DNA from: Burkholderiales bacterium
GTDB lineage: Bacteria > Pseudomonadota > Gammaproteobacteria > Burkholderiales > SG8-41
Assembly (NCBI GenBank): GCA_019749945.1
Contig: JAIEPF010000024.1
Span: 14,436 to 78,435 of the forward strand
Direction of reading: 5' to 3'
Length of the DNA: 64,000 nt
Below are positions 9,700 through 18,955 of the stretch, in pieces. Under the pieces are notes generated by a model that did not search any database, was not told the DNA's origin, and was given only the letters and a program-made list of their open reading frames with translations. Position 1 is the first letter of the stretch, and each line of letters opens with the position of its first letter. The position numbers and the translations under genes are program-made.

Positions 9700-10974
9700 T
9701 CAGGCCCGCGGCTGACCCGGCATGCCGACAAAGGCAAAATCCACCTCCGGCGCCTTGCCGGAAACGATGTCGGCAATCGCTTTTCCTGAACCGCAGGCGT
9801 GGGTCCAGCCCAAGGTGCCGTGCCCGGTATCGAGATAAAGCTTGGGATATTTTGTTTTGCCGATATACGGCACGTTGGACGGCGTCGCCGGCCGCAGCCC
9901 CGTCCAGTAGCCGGCCTGCCGGACATCGCCCGCGCCCGGGAACAACTCCTGCGTGCGGCGGATGATGGCCTGGCAACGCACCTCATTCAGCGCGAGGTCG
10001 TAACCGTTCAGCTCGCAGGTGCCGGCGATGCGCAGGCGGTCGCCGAGCCGTGAATACACCAGTTTGTATTCGTCATCGGTCAGGCTGACCTGATAGGCAC
10101 GCGTCGCATCGGCAACGGGCATGGTCACTGAATAACCCTTGGCCGGATAAATCGACAGCCGGATGCCCAGCGGCGCCAGCAGCTGCGGACTGTAACTGCC
10201 CAGCGCGACCACATAGGCATCACCGATGATGGTCGAAGCGCGACCATCCGGTCCGGTGACAGCCACTCCGCTGACCTCGCCCCCGGCCAGCGCAATATGG
10301 GTAATGTTGTGGCCATACAAAAACCGCACGCCGGATTTTTCGCACAAGGCTGCCAGCCGCTGCGTAAACAGGTGCGCGTCGCCGGATTCATCCGACGGCG
10401 TCAGGCTGCCGCCGGCAATTTTGTGGCGTGCCTGCGCCAGCGCCGGCTCGATCGCCACGCATTCATCCGGCGTTTTCATCTCGAGTTCGCAACCGAACTC
10501 GCGCATGATGCGTGCCGGCTCCTGCGCCGCGTCAAAGGCCTCCTGGCTGGTGTAAAAATGCAGGATGCCGCGTTCAAGATGGTCATACTCGATGCCGGTT
10601 CCGGCGCGCAGTTCACGCAGCAGGCCGCGGCTGTAGAGTCCGAGATTGACCAACTGGATGATGTTGTGCCGCGTGCGTGCCGGTGTGCATTCGCGCAGGA
10701 ATTGCAGGCACCACCGCCATTGCCGCAGATCGGCGCGCGGCCGGAACAGCAGCGGCGCGTCTTCTCTGAACATCCATTGCAGCACCTTCAGCGGCGCGCC
10801 GGGATTGGCCCAGGGCTCGGCATGGCTGACGGAAATCTGTCCGCCGTTGGCGAAACTGGTTTCGAGCCCTGCCGCCGGTTGACGTTCGATCACGGTGACT
10901 TGATGTCCCGCCCCGGCCAGAAACCACGCGGCCGCAGTGCCGACGACGCCGGCACCGAGTACGATGACCCTCAT
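9700..10974 (-). CDS. dadA: FAD-dependent D-amino-acid dehydrogenase (DadA-like)
   Basis: 424 aa. MRVIVLGAGVVGTAAAWFLAGAGHQVTVIERQ dinucleotide fold and GHGTLGWT near the C-terminus. Confidence 0.85.
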   Translation of the reverse strand: MRVIVLGAGVVGTAAAWFLAGAGHQVTVIERQPAAGLETSFANGGQISVSHAEPWANPGAPLKVLQWMFREDAPLLFRPRADLRQWRWCLQFLRECTPARTRHNIIQLVNLGLYSRGLLRELRAGTGIEYDHLERGILHFYTSQEAFDAAQEPARIMREFGCELEMKTPDECVAIEPALAQARHKIAGGSLTPSDESGDAHLFTQRLAALCEKSGVRFLYGHNITHIALAGGEVSGVAVTGPDGRASTIIGDAYVVALGSYSPQLLAPLGIRLSIYPAKGYSVTMPVADATRAYQVSLTDDEYKLVYSRLGDRLRIAGTCELNGYDLALNEVRCQAIIRRTQELFPGAGDVRQAGYWTGLRPATPSNVPYIGKTKYPKLYLDTGHGTLGWTHACGSGKAIADIVSGKAPEVDFAFVGMPGQPRA

Positions 10975-10990
10975 TTGAACCTCTCAGTTT

Positions 10991-11215
10991 GCAAAAAGAC
11001 TCAGGACGGAGCTGTTCAGCTCCGCGCCGCCCTCGCTGTCCTTTTACCTGAGAGTTTTGCGAACCAGGGTTCGCGTGCCCCTTCGGTGGACCTTGCCGGT
11101 TTCCCGGTGGTCACTCTCCAGATCGGCTGCTGCTGTCTGCAGTAAATGAGCCTGAGCGATCATGAGGGTTTACGCCTTCGGCGGGGATTACGGGAATCCC
11201 GCTCTCCTGCAGACC
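10991..11215 (-). promoter_or_regulatory. tandem glycine riboswitch with terminator-type expression platform
   Basis: Minus-strand read. Aptamer 1 is CTGCAGGAGAG...GCCGAAGGCGTAA...CTCAGGCTCATTTACTGCAG. Aptamer 2 is CTGGAGAG...CACCGAAGGGGCA...CTCTCAGGTAAAAGGACAG. These are followed by ...CGTCCTGAGTCTTTTTGC, then 16 nt to the dadA ATG. Confidence 0.85.
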
Positions 11216-11221
11216 ATTGAT

Positions 11222-11250
11222 ATTCTAGACGCCGCGATGCAGCACGACAA
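11222..11250 (-). promoter_or_regulatory. putative sigma70 promoter of the riboswitch transcript
   Basis: Minus strand reads TTGTCG, 17 nt, TAGAAT. The -10 ends about 7 nt before the first aptamer. Confidence 0.45.
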
Positions 11251-11266
11251 GACGATCGTGCCGGTT

Positions 11267-12058
11267 TTACGGGATCAGGGTCACCTCGTCACCGACCCGG
11301 ATCTCGCCGCCGGCGCCGCGCGTCAGCATGCCGACGCCGAGCACGGGTTCCTTCTGCGCAAACGAACGCATCAACTGCTGCATCACCTGCAGGTCGCGCT
11401 CGCCGCTCACCGGGTTGGCGTGTGTGGCCAGGCAGCGCACCTTGGACTTCACCACATCGAATTCGACTGCGCCGATACGCAGGCTGCGCCCGACCCAGGA
11501 CTGCTCCGCCCAGGCTTCAATGCCTTCGATCGCAATGTTGGAACGGAAACGGTGTTCGCTCAATTTCGGATCGCGCAGCGCCGCTGCGGCCGATGCGATG
11601 GTCTCCCGGCTGTGCAGCGTCACCTGCCCCGCTTCGTTGTCCTGGTAACGCGGGGTTACGCCGTCGCCGATCAGTTTCAGCGGCAGGCGGTCGGGATGGT
11701 TGCGCAGCGGATGTTCCTTGAGGCTCAGCACATAAGCCGTCAGTGCATCGACCAGGCGCCCGCGTCCGGCGGCATCGAGTTTTTCATCAGCAAGGACCTG
11801 GCTGCCCAGCGCAATCTTCAGGCGCAGCTCTCGGTGATCAAACTGCGTGGTCAGCCGCGCCAGCCCCGGCGTGTTGGCGAGCACGATGCCTTCGTATTTG
11901 CGGCACCACTGGTCATCGGCGACCGGCGCGTTGGCAAAACGGAAGGCGAGCACGCGGTCGCCCGCGACCCGGCCTTCGGGCAGCACGGTCAGCGTGCTGC
12001 AATGTTCGGGGGTAAAACCCTTGAGTGGATAACGGTAGAGGGCGACGACGCGCGGCAT
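11267..12058 (-). CDS. MOSC domain-containing protein (YcbX-like)
   Basis: 263 aa. N-terminal beta-barrel LYRYPLKG plus a C-terminal MOSC-like RFRSNI...VRC pattern. Confidence 0.8.
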   Translation of the reverse strand: MPRVVALYRYPLKGFTPEHCSTLTVLPEGRVAGDRVLAFRFANAPVADDQWCRKYEGIVLANTPGLARLTTQFDHRELRLKIALGSQVLADEKLDAAGRGRLVDALTAYVLSLKEHPLRNHPDRLPLKLIGDGVTPRYQDNEAGQVTLHSRETIASAAAALRDPKLSEHRFRSNIAIEGIEAWAEQSWVGRSLRIGAVEFDVVKSKVRCLATHANPVSGERDLQVMQQLMRSFAQKEPVLGVGMLTRGAGGEIRVGDEVTLIP

Positions 12059-12152
12059 GTGGTGGACTTTGGTGGTTGATACGGGCCGGAAGGCATGCCG
12101 GAAGTTCCGGCGACACTGCTACAATTCGCGACTCACAATAACAGGTATCGCA

Positions 12153-13208
12153 ATGAAAATCCTCGTATTGCCCGGCGACGGCATCGGCCCTGAAATTACC
12201 GCGGCCACGCTCGCCGTCCTCGACCGCGCCAGCGCAAAGTTCAAACTCGGCCTCGAATGGGATACCCGCGAAATCGGTTTTGGCGCGCTGAAAAAACACG
12301 GTTCGACCTTTCCCGTCGATATCCAGGAAGCCGCGCGCAAAGCCCCCGGCATCATCCTCGGCCCGGTGTCGCACCTCGACTACCCGGCCAAGGAACAGGG
12401 CGGCATCAATCCTTCGGGCTGGTTGCGCGTCCAGCTCGACCTCTTTGCCAACATCCGTCCGGCAAAATCACGCATGGGCCTGGGCCTCACCGGCAAACCG
12501 ATCGACCTGGTGATTTTCCGCGAATGCACCGAGGGTTTTTACGGCGACCGCAATATGTTCATGGGCCGCGGCGAATTCATGCCGACGGAAGATGTCGCCA
12601 TCGCCATCCGCAAGGTCACCGCCAAACAATCGCGGCGTATTGCCGAGGTGGCCTTTGAATGGGCGCGCAAGCGGCGCAAAAAAGTCACCGCCGTGCACAA
12701 GGCCAACGTGCTGCACATGTCCGACGGCCTGTTCCTGCGCGAGGTGCGCGCGGTGGCGAAAAATTATCCCGACGTCCAGCTCGATGAAAAAATCGTCGAC
12801 GCCATGGCGGCACTGCTGGTGCGCATCCCCGACCAGTTCGACTGCATCGTCACCGGCAATATGTTCGGCGACATCCTGTCGGACGAAGCCTCGGAACTCT
12901 CCGGCGGCCTGGGCATTGCCGGCTCGACCATGACCGGCGACAGCGCCTGCTGCGCCCAGGCCCAGCACGGCTCGGCGCCCGACATCGCCGGCCAGGACAA
13001 GGCCAATCCGGTGTCGTTGCTGCTGTCGGCCGCGATGCTGCTGGAATGGCTGGCGGCCAGACACCAGCGTGCGGAGTTCGCTACCGCGGCCCAGGCCATC
13101 GAAGCCGCGATCGACGCCGCTTTGCAAGCGCCGGAGACACGCACCGTCGATCTCGGCGGCAAACTCGGTACCAAGGCGTTTACGGCAAAACTCGTCGCCG
13201 CGATCTGA
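12153..13208 (+). CDS. isocitrate/isopropylmalate dehydrogenase family oxidoreductase (tartrate-dehydrogenase-like)
   Basis: MKILVLPGDGIGPEI..., NLFANIRP, KANVL and NMFGDILSDEAS motifs. True start at ATG 12153 (351 aa), not the ORF-track start at 12057. Confidence 0.9.
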   Translation: MKILVLPGDGIGPEITAATLAVLDRASAKFKLGLEWDTREIGFGALKKHGSTFPVDIQEAARKAPGIILGPVSHLDYPAKEQGGINPSGWLRVQLDLFANIRPAKSRMGLGLTGKPIDLVIFRECTEGFYGDRNMFMGRGEFMPTEDVAIAIRKVTAKQSRRIAEVAFEWARKRRKKVTAVHKANVLHMSDGLFLREVRAVAKNYPDVQLDEKIVDAMAALLVRIPDQFDCIVTGNMFGDILSDEASELSGGLGIAGSTMTGDSACCAQAQHGSAPDIAGQDKANPVSLLLSAAMLLEWLAARHQRAEFATAAQAIEAAIDAALQAPETRTVDLGGKLGTKAFTAKLVAAI

Positions 13209-13244
13209 GTAATTGGCACCGCCGTTCATGATTCGATACTTCGT

Positions 13245-13298
13245 CAGGCTCAGCATCACCACGAACGGCTCCAGAAATAACCGTTCGCCCTGAGCCTG
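13245..13298. repeat. REP-like nested hairpin (GCCCTGAG family)
   Basis: CAGGCTCAG...CGAACGG...CCGTTCG..CTGAGCCTG nested inverted repeats between convergent genes. Confidence 0.5.
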
Positions 13299-13313
13299 TC
13301 GAAGGGTGGACGG

Positions 13314-13742
13314 TTATTTTTTACCTGCCGCCGGACGCGATTCCGGCGGCCCCTTCAGCTCCACCACATTGCCTTCCGGATCGCTGATATACAGCGACGG
13401 TCCGTGGCCATCGGCGCCGTAGCGTGATTTGATTTCGCCCGGCACCACGCCGTGGCGGATCAGCTGCGCAGTCAGCGCGCCCGGATCAAAAGGTTCGATG
13501 CGCAGACAGAAGTGATCCATGTTGCGCCCTTCGCTGCCGGGCGCTGCACCACCCTTGCGACCGATGGCACCATCGACTGCAACCAGGTCGATCAGTGAAT
13601 TGCCGGCGCGCAATTGCGTCAGGCCGAGATCCGGCCGCTCGCGCTCCAGCGTGCAGCCCAGCACCTTGCAGTAAAACTGCACCATGCGCGGCACGTTCAC
13701 CGCGCGCAGCACAATATGGTCAAGGCCGAGGATGCTGAACAT
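13314..13742 (-). CDS. VOC (glyoxalase/bleomycin-resistance/dioxygenase) family protein
   Basis: 142 aa. LDHIVLRAVNV ... DHFCLRIE ... LYISDPEGNVVEL pattern. Confidence 0.85.
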   Translation of the reverse strand: MFSILGLDHIVLRAVNVPRMVQFYCKVLGCTLERERPDLGLTQLRAGNSLIDLVAVDGAIGRKGGAAPGSEGRNMDHFCLRIEPFDPGALTAQLIRHGVVPGEIKSRYGADGHGPSLYISDPEGNVVELKGPPESRPAAGKK

Positions 13743-13755
13743 GATCCGGTTTCAC

Positions 13756-13787
13756 CAATAAAACCGCCGCAGCAGAGGCTGCGGCGG
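13756..13787 (-). terminator. rho-independent terminator downstream of gabD
   Basis: Minus strand: CCGCCGCAGC-ctct-GCTGCGGCGG followed by TTTTATT. Confidence 0.6.
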
Positions 13788-13822
13788 TGTGGTCGTAGTA
13801 CAGATAGGCAAAATATTGCGAA

Positions 13823-13899
13823 AGTATATAAACTATTGATTTTAAAAGAAATTTTTATTAATTACCTGGTTACCTAATAACTTAGTTACTTATTAATAT
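13823..13899. repeat. AT-rich dispersed element, composite copy E2
   Basis: tatataaactattgattttaaaagaaatttttattaat plus oppositely oriented partial units (aataacttag, ttacttattaatat). Overlaps the last four codons and stop of gabD. Confidence 0.7.
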
Positions 13900-15367
13900 C
13901 GCCCATGCACAGATACTTCACCTCGACGAATTCCTCGATGCCGTATTTCGACCCTTCGCGGCCGATGCCCGACTCCTTGATGCCGCCAAAGGGCGCGATT
14001 TCGTTGGAAATGATGCCGACGTTGATGCCGACGATGCCGGACTCCAGGCCTTCCGCGACGCGCCAGATGCGGCCGATGTCGCGGCTGTAGAAGTACGAGG
14101 CCAGGCCGTATTCGGTGTTGTTGGCCAGTTTCAGCAGTTCCTCTTCGGTCTTGAAGCGATACAGCGGCGCCACCGGGCCGAAGGTTTCTTCGTGGGTGAC
14201 TTTCATGTCGGTATTCACATTGGCCAGCACGGTGGGCTGGAAAAACTGACCGCCCTTTTCATGGCGCTTGCCGCCAGTGAGGATTTTGGCGCCCTTCGCC
14301 AGTGCGTCGGCGATATGTTCCTCAACCTTCTCCACGGCCTTCATGTCGATCAGCGGGCCCTGCAGATTGCCGTCCTCGAGGCCATTGCCGACCTTCATCG
14401 CACTGACTTTGTCGGACAGCATCTTGGCGAATTGGTCGTACACACCATCCTGCACAAAAATGCGGTTGGCGCAGACACAGGTCTGGCCGGTGTTGCGGAA
14501 CTTGGAAGCCATCGCGCCTTCCACCGCCGAAGCCAGATCCGCGTCGTCGAACACGATAAACGGCGCATTGCCGCCGAGTTCCAGCGAGACTTTTTTCACC
14601 GTGGTCGCGCATTGCTGCATCAGCAGCTTGCCGATTTCAGTGGAACCGGTGAAAGTGAACTTGCGCACCAGCGGATTGGTCGTCAGTTCCTTGCCGATGG
14701 GACCGGCGGAGCCGGTCACCACCGACAGCACACCTTTCGGAATGCCGGCGCGTTCGGCCAGTTCACACAGCGCCAGCGCCGAATACGGCGTCTGCGATGC
14801 GGGTTTGATCACCATGGTGCAGCCGGCAGCCAGTGCCGGGCCGGCCTTGCGCGTAATCATCGCGTTGGGGAAATTCCACGGCGTCACCGCGGCGCAGACG
14901 CCGATCGGCTGCTTGATGACGACAATGCGCTTGTCCGGCGCATGGGTCGGTATGGTGTCGCCGTAAATGCGCTTGCCTTCCTCGGCAAACCATTCGATGA
15001 ACGACGCGCCATAGGCGATTTCGCCGCGCGACTCGGCAATCGGCTTGCCCTGCTCGACCGTCATCAGTTTCGCCAGGTCTTCCTGGTTGGCCATCATCAG
15101 CTCGAACCATTTGCGCAGGATGATCGAGCGTTCCTTGGCGGTTTTCGCGCGCCACGCCGGCCAGGCGGCATTCGCGGCTTCAATCGCGCGGCGGGTTTCG
15201 GCGACACCCATTTTCGGCACCGTGCCGATCTGCGCGCCGGTGGCGGGGTTGTGCACGGCCAGCGTCGACTTGTCATCGGCATCCACCCAGGCACCGTCGA
15301 CATAACATTGCTGGCGGAACAGGCTCGGGTCTTTTAATTCAACCGCCGGTTTGGCTTTTTGCAGCAT
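13886..15367 (-). CDS. gabD: NAD(P)+-dependent succinate-semialdehyde dehydrogenase
   Basis: 493 aa from the ATG at 15367 (AAGGAG upstream). Contains VTPWNFP, LELGGNAP and FRNTGQTCVCANR motifs. The ORF-track start at 15550 is too far upstream. Confidence 0.9.
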   Translation of the reverse strand: MLQKAKPAVELKDPSLFRQQCYVDGAWVDADDKSTLAVHNPATGAQIGTVPKMGVAETRRAIEAANAAWPAWRAKTAKERSIILRKWFELMMANQEDLAKLMTVEQGKPIAESRGEIAYGASFIEWFAEEGKRIYGDTIPTHAPDKRIVVIKQPIGVCAAVTPWNFPNAMITRKAGPALAAGCTMVIKPASQTPYSALALCELAERAGIPKGVLSVVTGSAGPIGKELTTNPLVRKFTFTGSTEIGKLLMQQCATTVKKVSLELGGNAPFIVFDDADLASAVEGAMASKFRNTGQTCVCANRIFVQDGVYDQFAKMLSDKVSAMKVGNGLEDGNLQGPLIDMKAVEKVEEHIADALAKGAKILTGGKRHEKGGQFFQPTVLANVNTDMKVTHEETFGPVAPLYRFKTEEELLKLANNTEYGLASYFYSRDIGRIWRVAEGLESGIVGINVGIISNEIAPFGGIKESGIGREGSKYGIEEFVEVKYLCMGDINK

Positions 15368-15629
15368 GACTTCCACTCCTTGAGCTTGAAAATTAGACCG
15401 GAAAATGCACCGTTTTGGACGCCCGTTTTCCTCCCGGACCGAGGCCGCGAAGTATAACAAAGGGCATCCGACCAATCCCCGACCAATGCCCGCGCCCCAA
15501 ATCCGGGCATTCCCGGGTGCAGAATTGCACTGGACGAACCCGCTCCGCATTTGAGCCTGCAGCGAACCGGTAAACGGTTGTATATAATGCTTAAACCTAT
15601 TGCTGCACTACACCAATAAGGAACTGAAA

Positions 15630-16550
15630 ATGTTTCACACCGCCTCCCGTTTGCGATTGACCGCAGTCTGCGCTGTGATCAGCCTCGGCGTGCTCGGCGG
15701 ATGCGCCACCGCCAACGACCCCCGCGACCCGCTGGAGCCGATCAACCGCGGCGTTTACCAGTTCAACGAGGGTGTGGACACCATCCTGCTGAAACCCGCA
15801 GCCGAGGTTTATCAGGCGGTGATCCCGCCGGTTGCGCGTACGGGTGTAAGCAACGTGTTTTCCAATATCAATGATGTTGTTGTGGCGCTGAACAACCTGT
15901 TGCAGGGCAAGATCAACGAGGCACTGTCGGATGTCGGCCGCGTGCTGATCAATACCACCGCCGGCCTGTTTGGTATTTTTGATGTCGCAACACCCGTCGG
16001 GCTGGAAAAACACGAAGAGGATTTCGGCCAGACCCTCGGTTACTGGGGCGTCGGCGACGGCCCCTATCTGGTGCTGCCCATACTCGGTCCGCGCACCACG
16101 CGTGATACCGGAGGCCTGGTCGTTGATTTCCTGACCGATCCGGTAAGCCATATCGATCCGTCGCGCGACCGCAACCAGGTGCTGGGCCTGCGCCTGGTCT
16201 CACGCCGCGCCGAGTTGCTGGGTGCCAGCCAGCTGCTGTCGGTGGCGGCGCTCGACGAATATGAATTTGTGCGCGACGCCTACCTGCAGCGCCGCCGCAA
16301 CCTGATCCATGACGGTAACCCGCCGCGCGAAAAAGAAGCCGGCATTGACGTCAAACCGCTGCTGGCGGCGGAACCGGCGGGCGGCGGGGCAGCAGCAACA
16401 GAGGCCGTCTCCGGCACCTCAAGCGAGGCGCCCGCGGAAGCGGAAACCGGCAATGACCAGCAGCAAAATGAGCTGTCGCAGTCAAACACCCCCGCCGTTC
16501 CCGCACTCGTTGCCGCGCAACCCCGGCCGGTCCGCGTCTGGCTGCCCTAG
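15630..16550 (+). CDS. mlaA: MlaA/VacJ family outer-membrane lipoprotein
   Basis: Lipobox LGGC, DPLEPINRGVYQFN and GPYLVLPILGP. TATAAT lies about 45 nt upstream. Confidence 0.85.
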   Translation: MFHTASRLRLTAVCAVISLGVLGGCATANDPRDPLEPINRGVYQFNEGVDTILLKPAAEVYQAVIPPVARTGVSNVFSNINDVVVALNNLLQGKINEALSDVGRVLINTTAGLFGIFDVATPVGLEKHEEDFGQTLGYWGVGDGPYLVLPILGPRTTRDTGGLVVDFLTDPVSHIDPSRDRNQVLGLRLVSRRAELLGASQLLSVAALDEYEFVRDAYLQRRRNLIHDGNPPREKEAGIDVKPLLAAEPAGGGAAATEAVSGTSSEAPAEAETGNDQQQNELSQSNTPAVPALVAAQPRPVRVWLP

Positions 16551-16568
16551 AACCGGAAACATCGCCGG

Positions 16569-17579
16569 TCAGGCTGCCGGTGGCGCGCTGCCCGTGGCCG
16601 GCATCGTCTTTTTCACATTGTCCATCACGGCCATGGCCGAACTGACCAGCGTCGCCACATCGGCAACGTTGGCCGGAACGATCAGCGTATTGTTGGTGCG
16701 CGCGAGATGCGCGAAGGCATTGACGTACTGCTTCGCCACCTCCAGGTTCGCCGCCTGATTGCCGCCCGGCGCATTCAAGGCGCCGGCCACCGAACTGATC
16801 GCCGTTGCCGTCGCCTCGGCAATCAGCTGGATGCGCGCCGCCTCACCCTGAGCCCGGTTGATTGCCGCGGTCTTGTCACCCTCTGATTTCAACACCGCCG
16901 CCTGTTTCTCGCCGTCGGCCAGGTTGATTTCCTCCTGGCGCTGGCCTTCCGACTTGGCAATCAGCGCGCGTTTCTCGCGCTCCGAAGTGATCTGCGCCTG
17001 CATCGCGCGCAGAATCGCTTCCGGCGGCGTCAGGTTCTTGATTTCATAACGCAGCACCTTCACACCCCAGGTGCGCCCCGCCTCGTCGAGCACCGCCACC
17101 ACCTGACGGTTGATTTCATCGCGGCTTTCGAAGGTCTTGTCGAGTTCCATCTTGCCGATTTCGGAACGCAGCGTGGTCTGCGCCAGCTGGGTCACCGCCG
17201 ACACGTAATCGGCGGAGCCATAGGACGCGAGCTTGGGATCGGTGACCTGGTAATAAATGATGCCGTCGACACCCAGCTGCGTGTTGTCGCGCGTGATGCA
17301 TACCTGCTCCTGCACATCGAGCGAGGTTTCCTTCAGTGAATGCCGGTAGGCGACGCGGTCGAGAAAGGGCACGATCACGTTCAGCCCCGGCTCGAGCACG
17401 GAATGGTACTTGCCCATGCGCTCCACCACCCAGGCCATCTGCTGCGGCACCTGGCGGATCGATTCGATGGCGACCACCACGCCCAGCGCCACCACGAAAA
17501 ACGGCACCGCCAGCGAGCGCTGGTCAAACATCACCAGCAAGCCGGTGAGAAAAATGACAACGATCAGTTTCGGAAACAT
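16569..17579 (-). CDS. SPFH/Band-7 (stomatin-like, QmcA-type) protein
   Basis: 336 aa from the ATG at 17579. N-terminal TM helix plus an SPFH core (VVERMGKY..., ITRDN, RYEIKN). Confidence 0.9.
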   Translation of the reverse strand: MFPKLIVVIFLTGLLVMFDQRSLAVPFFVVALGVVVAIESIRQVPQQMAWVVERMGKYHSVLEPGLNVIVPFLDRVAYRHSLKETSLDVQEQVCITRDNTQLGVDGIIYYQVTDPKLASYGSADYVSAVTQLAQTTLRSEIGKMELDKTFESRDEINRQVVAVLDEAGRTWGVKVLRYEIKNLTPPEAILRAMQAQITSEREKRALIAKSEGQRQEEINLADGEKQAAVLKSEGDKTAAINRAQGEAARIQLIAEATATAISSVAGALNAPGGNQAANLEVAKQYVNAFAHLARTNNTLIVPANVADVATLVSSAMAVMDNVKKTMPATGSAPPAA

Positions 17580-17601
17580 GGCAGCCCCCCCTGTTATCGG
17601 T

Positions 17602-18024
17602 TTATTGCGGTCTGGCCGCGGATACACGCAGCGTGTTGCCGTCGACCGCATGGATGTAGAACACCTTGCCGCCGGGCACCCGTTCCCCGGTGACCTGCGC
17701 CTCCCATTGCGCGTTGCGGTATTTGACGCGGGCGAGGCCGTCGGCCTCGCTGATCCAGGCATCGAGCATCACGGTCTGGCCGATGTCGAGCCCCTGGCCC
17801 GATGCCGGCTGTGCCGCACCGCGAAACCGCTTGATCAGGATCACGCCCGCCACCGCCACCGCGGCGGTGATCACCGCCTGCACCCAGAATGTATATCCCA
17901 GGTACGCTGCGGCAGCCGCAGCCAGCGCCGCAATCCCCAGCACCAGCAGGTAAAACGTGCCGGTCAGCATCTCGACGATGACCAGCACGATGCCGGTGAT
18001 CACCCACAGCAAATACGCTTCCAT
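17602..18024 (-). CDS. NfeD family membrane protein
   Basis: About 140 aa. Two to three TM helices plus a C-terminal OB-like tail (ARVKYRNAQWEA). Classic partner upstream of the SPFH gene. Confidence 0.8.
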   Translation of the reverse strand: MEAYLLWVITGIVLVIVEMLTGTFYLLVLGIAALAAAAAAYLGYTFWVQAVITAAVAVAGVILIKRFRGAAQPASGQGLDIGQTVMLDAWISEADGLARVKYRNAQWEAQVTGERVPGGKVFYIHAVDGNTLRVSAARPQ

Positions 18025-18091
18025 TACGGCCCCCCCCCAGTGCGTGATGACGGGAACTAGCATAACAAACCCTGAACCGGGCCTGCCGCCC

Positions 18092-18955
18092 TCAATTCAG
18101 CCGGGCCACCTTCGCCGCAAGATCGGCAATCTGCGCGCGCACGGCTTCGGCGTCAGGCGCACCGGGGCATTGCTTCAAGTAGGTGCCGAAATCACCGAGC
18201 GCCGCGCGAAAACATTCCAGTTTCAGGTAAATGCCGCCGCGGTCGCGGTATTCCTCGCCGGCATCCTCCGGCGTCAGCGCAATCAGTCGCTCACTCGCAG
18301 ACAGCGCCCGCAACCAATCATCCTGCTGGCCATACACACCTTTCAGGTTGCGCAGCATGCGCGCCAGTACTTCCTTGTTGGAGGCTGCGCTCAACAGATG
18401 CGACAGGATGGCCTCATCGACATCCGCGGCGCTGCCCGCCGCGCGCAGCCGCTGCTGCAGTTCATCGATGCCGAGGGACACACCGCCGCTGTACGGATCC
18501 AGCACCACGACGCCATCGCGCAGCGCACATTTCACCAGGAAATGTCCGGGGAAGGACACGCCGTGCAGGCCGAGTCCGATGCGGCGGCCGATTTCGATAT
18601 AAACCACGCCCAGCGTGATCGGTATGCCGAGCCGGCGCTCCAGCACCTCGTTGAGGAAGCTGTTGCGCGGATCGTAATAATCATCGGTGTTGCCGCTGAA
18701 ACCCAGCTCGGAAAACAGGAAATGATTCAGCGCCAGCAGTTTTTCGGCAGTCGCCACATCGGCGCGCAGGCGGCTGCGCAGCTTGTTCGCCATGTCGTCC
18801 AGCCGCGCCAGGTAATCATCAACGGCAAGGCCCGGGTATTCGCTCGCGGCGATCCACAACGCACCTTCCGCAAGCGACACATCCTCGTCGGGCATGCGCG
18901 TGATGCGCCGCCATTGCTCGGCGGCCAGTGCTTCCGGAGACATTTCGCCGCTCAT
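18092..18955 (-). CDS. SirB1/transglutaminase-like + TPR family protein
   Basis: 287 aa. NFLFSELGF.GN...YYDP.NSFLNEVLERRLGIPITL pattern of the SirB1 N-terminal domain. Confidence 0.65.
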   Translation of the reverse strand: MSGEMSPEALAAEQWRRITRMPDEDVSLAEGALWIAASEYPGLAVDDYLARLDDMANKLRSRLRADVATAEKLLALNHFLFSELGFSGNTDDYYDPRNSFLNEVLERRLGIPITLGVVYIEIGRRIGLGLHGVSFPGHFLVKCALRDGVVVLDPYSGGVSLGIDELQQRLRAAGSAADVDEAILSHLLSAASNKEVLARMLRNLKGVYGQQDDWLRALSASERLIALTPEDAGEEYRDRGGIYLKLECFRAALGDFGTYLKQCPGAPDAEAVRAQIADLAAKVARLN

